DNA of 64,000 nucleotides from Lytechinus pictus (lineage: Eukaryota). The position numbers and the translations under genes were made by a program. Below the pieces are notes generated by a model. It saw only the letters and a program-made list of their open reading frames with translations. It was not told the DNA's origin and made no database searches. The DNA lies in contig NC_087260.1 in NCBI RefSeq assembly GCF_037042905.1, positions 2,356,001 through 2,420,000 on the forward strand. Direction: 5' to 3'. Every line of letters starts with the position of its first letter. Position 1 is the stretch's first letter. Below, piece after piece: positions 25,120 through 37,119 of the stretch.

Positions 25120-27965
25120 GGATATGTTTTAAACTGTTTTGAGGTGTTAATGAGTTAAAATATATTTCATATACCTTTTTGGTCTAACTTGTTTGTGCCT
25201 AGTCAATATTGACTATTATTGTCTTCCGCTTGGCGACAGCACGCAAATTATGGACTCCCGTTCTCCGAGAAGAAATATATATCACGCATTATTCGTAAAT
25301 TTCTTACAACGGCGGAAAAGAAAATAAAACAAAATAGAAGTCACAAACATCTCAGATTAATGAGCGATCGATTTGGGAATGTTTTAAAATTGTTTTTGAG
25401 GTCCTAACGAAATGAAATATATTTATATACCTTTCGCTATGACCTCTCTAAAAAATATTAATGATGCACTATTTTGACAACGGCGGGAAGGATTATAAAA
25501 CAGAATAGAAGTCACAAACATCTCAGATTAATGAACGATATATTAGGACATTTTAACATTGTTTTGAAGTGTTAATGAGTTAAAATATATTTGATATACC
25601 TTTCGTTACGGACTTTCGTTCTCCGAGAAGAAATATAAATCACGCATTATTCTTAAATTTCTTACAACGGCGGAAAAGAAAATAAAACAAAATAGAAGTC
25701 ATAAACATCTCAGATTAATGAACGATCGATTTGGCAATGTTTTTTAATTGTTTTTGATGTCCTAACGAGTTGAAATAAATTTATATACCTTTCGCTATGA
25801 CCTCTCTAAGAAATGCACTATTCTGAAAACGGTGGAAAGGATTATAAAACAGAATAGAAGTCAGATTAATGAACGATATATCAGGACATTTTAACATTGT
25901 TTTGAAGTGTTAATGAGTTAAAATATTTTTAATATACCTTTCGTTACGGACTCCCGCTCTCCGAGAAGAAATATAAATCACGCATTATTCTTAAATTTCT
26001 TACAACGGCGGAAAAGAAAATAAAACAAAATAGAAGTCATAAACATCTCAGATTAATGACCGATCGATTTGGGAATGTTTTAAAATTGTTTTTGAGGTCC
26101 TAACGAGTTGAAATAAATTTATATACCTTTCGCTATGACCTCTCTACGAAATGCACTATTCTGACAACGGTGGAAATGATTATAAAACAGAATAGAAGTC
26201 ACAAACATCTCAGATTAATTAACGATATATCAGGACATTTTAACATTGTTTTGAAGTGTTAATGAGTTAAAATATATTTGATATACCCATCTTTACGGAC
26301 TCCCGTTCTCCGAGAAGAAATATAAATCACGCATTATTCTTAAATTTCTTACAACGGCGGAAAAGAAAATAAAATAAAATAGAAGTCATAAACATCTCAG
26401 ATTAATGAACGATCGATTTGGGAATGTTTTTAAATTGTTTTTGAGGTCCTAACGAGTTGAAATAAATTTTTATACCTTTCGCTATGACCTCTCTACGAAA
26501 TGCACTATTCTGACAACGGTGGAAATGATTATAAAACAGAATAGAAGTCACAAACATCTCAGATTAATTAACGATATATCAGGACATTTTAACATTGTTT
26601 TGAAGTGTTAATGAGTTAAAATATATTTGATATACCCATCTTTACGGACTCCCGTTCTCCGAGAAGAAATATAAATCACGCATTATTCTTAAATTTCTTA
26701 CAACGGCGGAAAAGAAAATAAAATAAAATAGAAGTCATAAACATCTCAGATTAATGAACGATCGATTTGGGAATGTTTTTAAATTGTTTTTGAGGTCCTA
26801 ACGAGTTGAAATAAATTTATATACCTTTCGCTATGACCTCTCTAAGAAATGCACTATTCTGACAACGGTGGAAAGGATTATAAAACAGAATAGAAGTCAG
26901 ATTAATGAACGATATATCAGGACATTTTAACATTGTTTTAAAGTGTTAATGAGTTAAAATATTTTTAATATACCTTTCGTTACGGACTCCCGCTCTCCGA
27001 GAAGAAATATAAATCACGCATTATTCTTAAATTTCTTACAACGGCGGAAAAGAAAATAAAACAAAATAGAAGTCATAAACATCTCAGATTAATGACTGAT
27101 CGATTTGGGAATGTTTTAAAATTGTTTTTGAGGTCCTAACGAGTTGAAATAAATTTATATACCTTTCGCTATGACCTCTCTACGAAATGCACTATTCTGA
27201 CAACGGTGGAAAGGATTATAAAACAGAATAGAAGTCACAAACATCTCAGATTAATTAACGATATATCAGGACATTTTAACATTGTTTTGAAGTGTTAATG
27301 AGTTAAAATATATTTGATATACCTTTCGTTACGGACTCCCGTTCTCCGAGAAGAAATATAAATCACGCATTATTCTTAAATTTCTTACAACGGCGGAAAA
27401 GAAAATAAAACAAAATAGAAGTCATAAACATCTCAGATTAATGAACGATCGATTTGGGAATGTTTTAAAATTGTTTTTGAGGTCCTAACGAGTTGAAATA
27501 AATTTATATACCTTTCGCTATGACCTCTCTACGAAATGCACTATTCTGACAACGGTGGAAAGGATTATAAAACAGAATAGAAGTCACAAACATCTCAGAT
27601 TAATTGACGATCTATCAGGACATTTTTAACATTGTTTTGAGGTGTTAATGAGTTAAGATATATTTGATATACCTTTCGTTACGGACTCCCGCTCTCCGAG
27701 AAGAAATATAAATCACACATTATTCTTAAATTTCTTACAACGGCGAAAAAGAAAATACTGTAAGACAAAATAGAAGTCACAAACATCTCAGATTAATGAA
27801 TGATCGATCTGGGAATGTTTTAAAATTGTTTTTGAGGTCCTAACGAGTTAAAATATATTTATATACCTTTCGCTATATGAACTCTCTAAGAAATATAAAT
27901 GACACATTTATTCTGACAACAGCGGAAATGTAAATAAAATAGAACAGAATTCACAAACATATCAC
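25120..27965. repeat. Satellite array: ~8 copies of a ~349-bp dimer made of two diverged subunits (~188 + ~161 bp)
   Basis: Unit starts (ggact) at 25252, 25610, 25948, 26297, 26646, 26984, 27333, 27683; both subunits share tagaagtca.aaacatctcagattaat and tatacctttcg. Confidence 0.95.
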
Positions 27966-30900
27966 TAAACAGATCACTTGGATTGTGAAGCGTCTCGGCT
28001 TGATAGGGAGGTATAAACCTGGATATAAATGATAGTCTTTAATAAAATTGTTGATGATTCATAATATATTTGTAAAGAGTTTTGATGTGATAACGACATG
28101 ATTTATGATATAAAATCATTCTTCGAAAACCAAAATGAAGCTCACAGCCAAAGCAAGTGATACCTCCTTCGACATAAGGTACATTACGTAATACCTTGGA
28201 TGACCAAGCTGGGCCAAGTCTGTCATCAAGACACTCGACAACATATTGAGATAATCTGTTGAGATTTGCTGAACCATTAAATCAGGTAAACATGAGATAA
28301 AAATTGTTTCTCTTGGGACTCATTTGGGCAGCCACTGAGGTGATTTTAAAACATGAGCCACGCGAGCAATAATTGCCTTGGGTGGTGATGGACATTTCAT
28401 TGATTTCTTTTTTAATCAGCGACTTTACAAATAAAAAATAATAATACATATTCTAATAACTTTTTAAATCTTTGATGGATTTTCCTCAAACTTTCACCAA
28501 TATTTATCATTTTTTTTCTCCTATCTGTACAATAAACTTTTTGTCAGGGTGAACTCCCCCTTTAATGTTTGGTCACTTGGAAATGAAACCTACGTATCAT
28601 GAACGTGTTTTCAGTTGGGAAAATTTGGAAATTGCAAAATCACTTATCGTTTATTTCTACCATGTTTATTTTTTAAAGAAAATTGAGACTTCGAAAAAGT
28701 ATTTTTGACCATTTTCATCATTTTGTAATTCAAATTCCCTTTAGAAAGATGTTGCAAAGTCTTAGGGATATTTCTGATCTGTACAATGCAGGATCTAGGG
28801 GCGGGGGAGTTTTTTTTTTGTATGGTAGTTTTTATTTGACAACTTCAGTTCATATAAAAAATAAAATACATATAAGAAATAGAAGTTTGATGTCTTTACA
28901 AATTGATAAATACCTTGACAACTCATAAATTTAACACAATTTTTTCCCCTTTAGTGTTACAATAAAACACAATGTCAGACATCTTCCAATACATAATTAT
29001 AAATAACATTGATGATGATTATAATATGCATTAAGAATAAAAACTTCTACAATAAATTCAACATATTGATTTTTTCCAGTGTCAAATATCAACATAAAAA
29101 AGAGATTTTCCAAATACACATTGGCATGACATATCGATTAGAAATACCTAAAAATATATTTTTAGATATTTCTAATCGATGTGTCGATCATGCGGTCTCA
29201 TGCCAACCCCCCCCCCCCCCCCCCGCCACTAGATTATTAATCAATAGAAGAAACTGTACACACATGTAAAAAACAATACAAGAAATTATAGTCTGTTTTA
29301 GATGAAAGAATGAAAAATAAACGTTAAAAACAAGCAATTAGCCGTCAAACAAATAACATTAACTTTACATCTCGCTCCCGCGCCCAGGATCTCGTTTTTC
29401 TCCTTTGACAAAATCATGCACACACGTGTCGCCCTAACTAAGCCCCATTTCCAGCAAGCTAGCCAACACTCATTGTGAGTAACTTGTGACATGACAGCAG
29501 ATGACATGAGAAATTGAGAATGAACGTTAAGAATATTACTTAGAAAGTAATTAGCGGGAAAATTATGAGGAACAATTCATTTTATGATAAAAATTTCTTG
29601 AAAACTATCGGAAAACGGTATCATGTAAAAATGAAAGGCTACGTCGGACCCAGGTCGCACCGCGGACAATTCAGTTCTAACGTACTGTAGCATGCATGTC
29701 CGGCTCAGCTAGGCGCGCTGGCAACGCTAGTGTGGCTGCTCAGGCTTGGCTGGCTGGCTCGCCGGCCGGCTGGAAGTGGAAATGCGCCAGTTTCTACGCA
29801 TGGATATTTTCCGGTCATCAATAATAACATCGTAGTTTGTTGCCGAAATGATTCTGAAACATCCATTACTTTTGAGGATTGATGATGAATGATGCAACAA
29901 TTATTTCCGATGACTTTTCCCCACTTTTTATGATTTTTTTTAATTTATTTTTTTGCCTGTGTCGCCGCGTCTTGCACGTGACGCATATAGAGCTTGTGGA
30001 ATTTACGTGCGTCGCATGCGACGCGTGTGTTCTACACTGGCGAGAACGTTGCATGTAGTCATGCACGTACGGCCACAAAACCTGAAACTTTCGCCCCCGA
30101 GATTTCTACTTTCCCTCTAAAAGATCTAGCCCTAAATCATGTAGGCCTAGGCCTACATCACATGGGGTTCAACTTCATTTCCAACATTTCTGCGATATCG
30201 ATTTCATTTTTAAAGAAGAATTCATTAAAAAACGAGAAAAATGTTATGAAAAGATGGGAAGAGCTTACGGCCGTGTTTACGTCGCCATCTTGATTTCTGA
30301 ATCTGACTTTGTCTTGGCGACAGCACGCAACGCGCAAATCGCGCGATTTGCGTGCTGTCGCCAAGCGGAAGACAATAATAGTCAATATTGACTAGGCCTA
30401 GGCACAAACAAGTTAGACCAAATTCTCATGATAATAATTTGAAGAAAGTGTATGTCTCTTTGCCCTCAACATTATTTAGAAAATCAGAGTTCTCTGATTC
30501 TCAGCCCCCGGCCCCCAGCCCGCGGCTCAGACCCAGCCCCCACGAACAGCGCAGCCGGCAGCAGGGGCGCCTCGATATGACAGGGTACCGTAGTCGTAGA
30601 TCTACTGCATGAAAGTCCAAGCCAGGCAAATGATATTGGCCAATCAATATCCTGCACGTCGCGATTCATTTACACGTGTGATGAACGCAGTGCAAGGAAC
30701 AAGCTTGAGCAGACTTAAAAATATACGTGCCGGTAAATCAGTTTCCTTCCATTTTATCAAACTAAAAAATGTAACAGGTTCGATCAATATAACAGCACAT
30801 ATGACATTCTACGAAAAAGATGGGTAATTAATTATAATAACACAAAATTATGACTAAATTCTCACTTACAACAGGAAAATTTTGTCACTTTTGTCGACGG

Positions 30901-31069
30901 TCGGGTATACAGCTGACGGACTACACTGTATCAAACGTTGATGGCGTACTATCAAAAACAAATCGCTGGGCAGGCAGAATTTTGTTGCATCAATATCAAA
31001 AGGTTGGTTTTTTTTATATAGAAAATCCGGTTCATTCTCAGAAGGCCTATGATTACTCCGTCTACTAAA

Positions 31070-31703
31070 AGGACAAAACCACCCCAAAAAAAGTTGACTT
31101 GAATAAAAAGAGAAAAATCCAACGAGTATAACACTGAAAATTTCATCGTTCGGTTGTAAAATAAGAAAGTTATGACATTTTGAAGTTTCACTTAATTTCA
31201 CAAAACAGTTGTATGCACATCCTGTTCGGCCGGTATGCAAATGAGGGGACTGATGACATCACTCACTCCCTATTTCTTTTGTATTTCATTTTATGAAATA
31301 TGACTTATTCAAATTTTCTCCTCACTGTACTTGAAACAAAGTTTCATTCCTCCCTGAACAGCTAGTACACGTGGAATTAACTGTTCTTGAAACAAAGTTT
31401 CATTCCTCCCTGAACAGCTAGTACACGTGGAATTAACATTGCCTCAACATTTTGTGCTTCAGAAAAATTGAAATATTCTATATATTTCAACAACAAAAAA
31501 CAAAAGAAATAGTGAGGGGACATCGACTCTCTCATTTGCATGTCAGTGATTAGTGCATTATTGGTTTGTGAAAAATAAGGGAAACTTTAATATGTCATAA
31601 ATTTTTAATTTTACATCAAATTTTGATGAAATTTTTAGCGTTATGCTCGTTTGATTTTTCTATATTGATTCAAATCAACATTTTTATAGGGTGGACTTGA
31701 CCT
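31070..31703. mobile_element. Kolobok/T2-type MITE family B
   Basis: AGGACAAAACCACCCC ... GGGTGGACTTGACCT|TTAA; internal ~56-bp tandem duplication at ~31330-31436; related copy at 63322-63602. Confidence 0.65.
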
Positions 31704-31715
31704 TTAAACTGACCC

Positions 31716-33830
31716 ACTGGCGGATCCAGGGGGGCGCAGCCGGCCCGTGCCCCCCCCCCCCCTTATGTAAAAATGCCGTTAAAACAGAAGTGTGCCCCGC
31801 CCCCCCCCCTTTAAAAGTGAAGACCCTTTTTTTTGTTTACTGCTTGTCAATTTTTTTCGTGGACGAAATCCCATCATCATATGAAATAATGACTATCTTC
31901 CTATTCCTCCTCTTATTTATAAGCGCGAGGTGAAACTTTTTGATATTCTATACTGCAAAGGGGGACAATTTAGTTATTGGGAATTCATAAAAATGTTATT
32001 ATCTTATATATCTATTAGCCTAAGCCTTCGACGAATTGTATGAATATAAAGGCCTGAAAACTTGACATTTTAATTACTCTTGTAATTATGAAAGGGATGC
32101 GTGAGTTTCAGGGGCGGATCCAGCTTACGCCAATAGGGGGGTGGGCGACAAAGAAATTACCCATATCTTCCCCGATCGGCCGCTCAAAGTTGTTGGTTTT
32201 TTTTTTGTTTCTTTGAAGGGTTAGTCCTAACAGCCACTTCTTAGCTTTATTCTTACAAAACATAAATTTAAAAAAATCTCATATAAGCCCTAATTAAAAA
32301 GTGCGAGCGCGAAGCGCGAGCTGAATATTTTTGATATTTCATGTATTTTGTCCTAAAAATTGAACATTCTGAGCAATGTTTGTGATCGTGAACAAGATGT
32401 GTATGTAAAAAATAATTAATGCGAGCGCGAATCGAGCAAAATTTTATATACGACCTGCCTGATCGAAAAGGAATTGTTAAGGACTGTTTGCAGTTACCCA
32501 TGAAAACGATACATATGTTCAGCAATCAAATAATGCTAATGCGAAGCGCGACATGAAAATTTTGGACAGTCTGACCTAAAAATTGGCAGCACTTTTTATA
32601 ATAATGATCATAGAATAAGTGTATAACACAATGCGAGCGGGAAAAAAAATGATATTTAGACCTAAAAACGCGACACTCTATTCATGTTTTATAAATCATG
32701 AAAAAGATGAGTGATTGGGTATCTTCCTACATTAATAATAGGAGCGCGAAGCGCGAGAAGAAATTTTTTAATATTCTGATATGAAACTGTATAATTTAAG
32801 CACGTTTTCAATAAAGAACAAACTGCTTATTTCAATAAACATGTGGGCGCGTGTTTTGAGATTTAGACATAGAATCTGGGCATTATAAATACATTTCTTT
32901 TATTATGAAAATCAATGCGCGAGCGCGAACTGAAGAAAATTGATACAACGATCTGAAAAGGGTCGATGTAAGCACTATTTCAAGCACTATAATTGTGCAG
33001 GAAAATGGATATGGATTGTACTTAACAAATGATGCGAGCGCGAAGCGCGAGCCGAATTATTATTTAGATCTAGCACTGGGGCATTGTAAGGACATAATTT
33101 TGTCATCACATGAAAATGACGAATATCTTCCTATTCCTCTTCCTAAGCGCGAGATGCCCCTTGTTGATATTCCATTCTGAAAAAAGGGACGATTTCATTA
33201 TTAGGAATTCAGGAAACTAATCTACTCTAATCAATCTAATACTGAGAGCGCGAAATTTGTTGATATTATAAGGGCTGAAAACTGGATACATTTTCAGAAT
33301 ACTACAGAGAATAAATTGACCTATAATTGTATTTGTATATAGAGAGACTATACTGTTTTGTTATACCGACGTTTTTACCTGACTGCTAAGAAAGCATGAA
33401 TGCCTGTGAGCAATCAACCAGGGGACCAACGGCTTAAGGTCCTCTCCGAGGGACCTGGCAATGAGGATAAATGTCTTACCAAAGGGCACTAGGCACCACT
33501 TGGGAATCGAACCCGGGTCACCGGAATCCGAAACCCCCGCTCTACCGACTGAGCTATCGCGTTTTGAGAGGAAAAGTAATTGTTTTGCAACTTGGTAACA
33601 CAATGATTGCGGTATAAGTGTATTGAGTGGTTAATTAACATGTTATCGTCAAGTGGGTCTATTTTACTAGACTACACTAGCATTATGGGTCAGAAAACTG
33701 GCCAGGTATGGGTCGTTGAGGACTCGTCTCGAGATGGCGCTATATGGTTCGTATTTGCTTTAAGCTCTTCGGAGCGGGTGACGGGGGGGGGGGGGGGGTG
33801 GGGCCTGAAAAAATCTGGATCCGCCCACGT
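31716..33830 (+). repeat. Composite GGCGGATCC-ended repeat with diverged internal units carrying GCGAGCGCGAAGCGCGAG
   Basis: Motif recurs at ~32302, 32420, 32741, 32918, 33034; same family in reverse orientation at ~35740-36640. Confidence 0.55.
33361..33561 (-). mobile_element. tRNA(Arg)-derived SINE (SURF1-like)
   Basis: Reverse strand gcgatagctcagtcggtagagc...ttcgga...gggttcgattccc head; highly similar to 47941-48152. Confidence 0.85.
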
Positions 33831-35147
33831 TTAGACCAGTCACATTGACCGGAGAAGGCCTCCCCTGCCCATATGGAATCAGGGGCCTGCGAACGATTCG
33901 AAAGAAGGGGTGCTGCTATGTTTATATAGAAAAAAGGGGCTGGGACAAAACAAATAGGCCTATTAATGAAGGATGTTTTTGGTCAGAAAACAATTGTCAA
34001 GCCCCCCCCCCAAAAAAAAAAAATGGTTTTCATTTCCAAATTAAGGGAATTTGGGTCAGAAAGAATTGGACAAGCAAAAAAAATGAAAAGGGTTTCGTTA
34101 AGAATTGAAGGGTATTTTTAAGAATTTGAGCATGCCAGGGGAAGCCGTGTGCTATGGTGCCCATCATACGCAGCACCAGCAATTAAAGCACCCTCGATCG
34201 CTTCCCAGGGCCCTGTGGAACTGCAAAAGACTCAAGAGCTCACAACAAATGGATGAGTTGTGGGTGGGTATTATAGCTCGGAGAGCCCATGCATATAATA
34301 ATTAGCTCTCTTCTCCACCGATGTATGATCGATGTATTCTATAAGCATGATATGGCATACCTGAACAGTTTTGTTTTCGGAATTTATATAGCCTTATCAT
34401 GGGGGGCCGGTGTCATAGGCGATCATGATTAGGAAAAAGTTAGCTCTAATTTCCTCGATGGAAGTTAACCTTTGTACTCTAATTTCACAATAAGCGCCCT
34501 ATAGCTGAACTACACATGTTTTCTGAATTCATGCCCAGGATCGGCAGATCATGTTTATGTAGGACTGCTTGTATATAGTTCTCTCCACAACTAATACGCT
34601 ATCTTTTATATGAAGCCATGCAGGATTGACTACCGGGTAATTTTAGGTAAGGGTCCATTTTCGTTTCTCAACCCTTATTGTTTCTGTATAGATTCCGGGT
34701 ATAAGATTACCAAAAGATGAGACCACAGTCATACGGCAGCCAGTACATGAGGGCTCCTTATTATGTCCCAATCTAAAATGTGAGGGTAATAATCGAAAAA
34801 CGAATATTCTTGCCAAAATATTTTGCATGCAACTTGCTAATTGAACTGCCAACACATCGTTAAAGGCTTGCACTTAATACGGATGCAGAGAGGATGAAGG
34901 AAAAAATCTTGCCATCCGTTAATTGGAAAACGTATATATCCGTTGTGTATACTCTTTGCATACGTGTTTCGTACGCTCTCTATCAATCGAGCATCCGTCC
35001 ACTGTGATTTCATTGTTCGCCCATTTTGTTCATTTTCTGGAGTGGATGAAAACGGATGGAGCCACTCCGAAATTTTGATTGTCTGTGATCCGCTATGAAC
35101 CTTATTGAATACGTTTTGTGTCCGTCGGCCAGTATGGATCCCCATAT

Positions 35148-35617
35148 CATAATTTGCATTATTCTGGTGAAACGGTTCTAGTACTTCTAGGCATGTCTTT
35201 ATGAATATTAATTAGGTGGGCTGATGATGTCATATCCCCACTTTGTTCCTTTGTATTTTATTATATGAAATTAGGTTTATTCAAACATTTTCTACCAAGA
35301 ACTAAAACAATTGGATTGCCAACTGTTAAGTGCATTAGTTATCTATTGCCGCAACTTATTTAATCATAATGGAGACACATTTACACATGTACGAAAAAAT
35401 GAAACAGTTTCATGTAATAACATAAGAAAAAGGAAAGTGGGGATGTGACATCATCAGCCCACCTAATGAATATTCATGACGATGTGCATATAACTGTTTT
35501 CACAAAATAATTCAAAATTCAAGAACGATCGTTATTTGTTATCCGATTTTGATGAAATTTTCAGCATTTTGCTTTGTGAATTTTTAGATATAAATATTTT
35601 CAGCCCGGACCATCCCT
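35148..35617. mobile_element. Kolobok/T2-type MITE family A, truncated
   Basis: Clear similarity to 208-813 and 60574-61175; one terminus retained. Confidence 0.65.
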
Positions 35618-35739
35618 TCACGATGCGGCTGCACGATCGCGAGCCGTCTGTGTACGAGTTTGTTCTTTATATCCAGCTATTATTATTATTATTATATAGA
35701 AACGTGTAACACATTTAATTTTCAAGTTGAAATATCAAG

Positions 35740-36640
35740 TTTTCAGCTCGCGCCATACCTTGATACCCTTCCTTTTCATGATTACAAAAACTGCAAGGAC
35801 GTACTGTCCTAATTCCAAATCTATAAAAAAAAAACACCTCGCGCTTCGCGCTCGCACTTAATGGTTTGATTAGATACCTATCGTGTTCATGACTGAAAAA
35901 ACTGTTTAGAATGTCAAATTTTCAGGTTTTTAAATGAAGAAAATTTCAGCTCGCGCTCGCAACAGTTGCTTTTCGTTCTATGCCCCCCTCTTTATGGTTA
36001 CCTTGCTTCGGATTCCTTGCTTTTAGTTCTAAATCTGAAGCAAATTCAGCTCGCGCTTTGCGCTTGTTTACCGGGTTCTTTATTAAAAACATCTTTAGTT
36101 TTCAGATCGAATGTCTCAAATTTTTGTTCAGCTAGCTCTTGCATGAATTGTTTAGTTATATATAAGCATATTATTCATAGAAAATATCTAATTTTCAGCT
36201 TAATCTTCGCGCTCGCACCATCCTCTAATATATTACACTCGATTTCTTATGTCGAAATATAAAAATGTTCAGCTCATGCCTCGCGCTCCCAATTCTTAGA
36301 TCAGTGTGAGATATGTATTCTATTCATGATGGATCACTCCGAACTGTCTTTAAGATGTCTTTTTGCAGGCCAGTATTTCAATATTCTATAATTCATGGAT
36401 ACAAAATCTGCTCAAAATGTTCAGGTCTAAATATATATTTTTTTTAAAGAATTGGAGCACGCGGTAATATATTTATACAATATATTCAGGTCACGTGAAT
36501 ACCTTATCTTGCTTCTAAGAATGAAAAATGTGTTAGAATTAACCCCTCTAAAAAAAAATCACTTTGGGCAGCCGTGACGGGGCAAATGTGAATGAAAATA
36601 TTTTCGCCCCTCTCCCTATTGATTAAAGCTGGAACCTATA
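35740..36640 (-). repeat. Reverse-orientation copy of the CGCGAAGCGCG-motif repeat family
   Basis: Recurrent cagctcgcgc(ttcgcgc)tcgc motifs; ends ccctattgattaaagctgga, the reverse of 32119-32139. Confidence 0.5.
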
Positions 36641-37119
36641 GGTATGAAGAAAGAAAATGTCGAAAATGTGAATAAGGAGAATGAGGCTTATACTCATTTC
36701 ATAAAGCACTCTCTATCCCTATAATCATGTTCCTTTTCTATCATCCTTTGTATGCACATCAGTTTAAACGACTGAAGGAACTTTGTCAAGGCTCGCCCAC
36801 GATCGAGGCTCTCTCACTGCATTTCTCCCTGGCCATACACACCTTGTGAAGGAAGATTTTTGGTCGCTCGCACGCGTATAGGTATACTGTAATTCATTAC
36901 TTTATATAGCCATCGAAAAAAAATCAAGATATGACTTTAACTTAAAGACGGTAATTAAGTGATACACATTTACAGGACGCAACACTGCCCATGCTGGTGT
37001 GATAATTTTGGACATCATTTTGTCTTCCAACAACTGAAAATTTGCTCGCTCGCTCGCATATTAATACTAACTGTAATTCATTACTTTATTTATTGATATA
37101 TTCATATTCCACAAATCCT

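Noticed and set aside
25252-27965. Regular repeat array resembling a CRISPR locus
   Set aside because: Units repeat along their full length with no unique spacers, there are no cas genes, and the context is eukaryotic; it is a satellite
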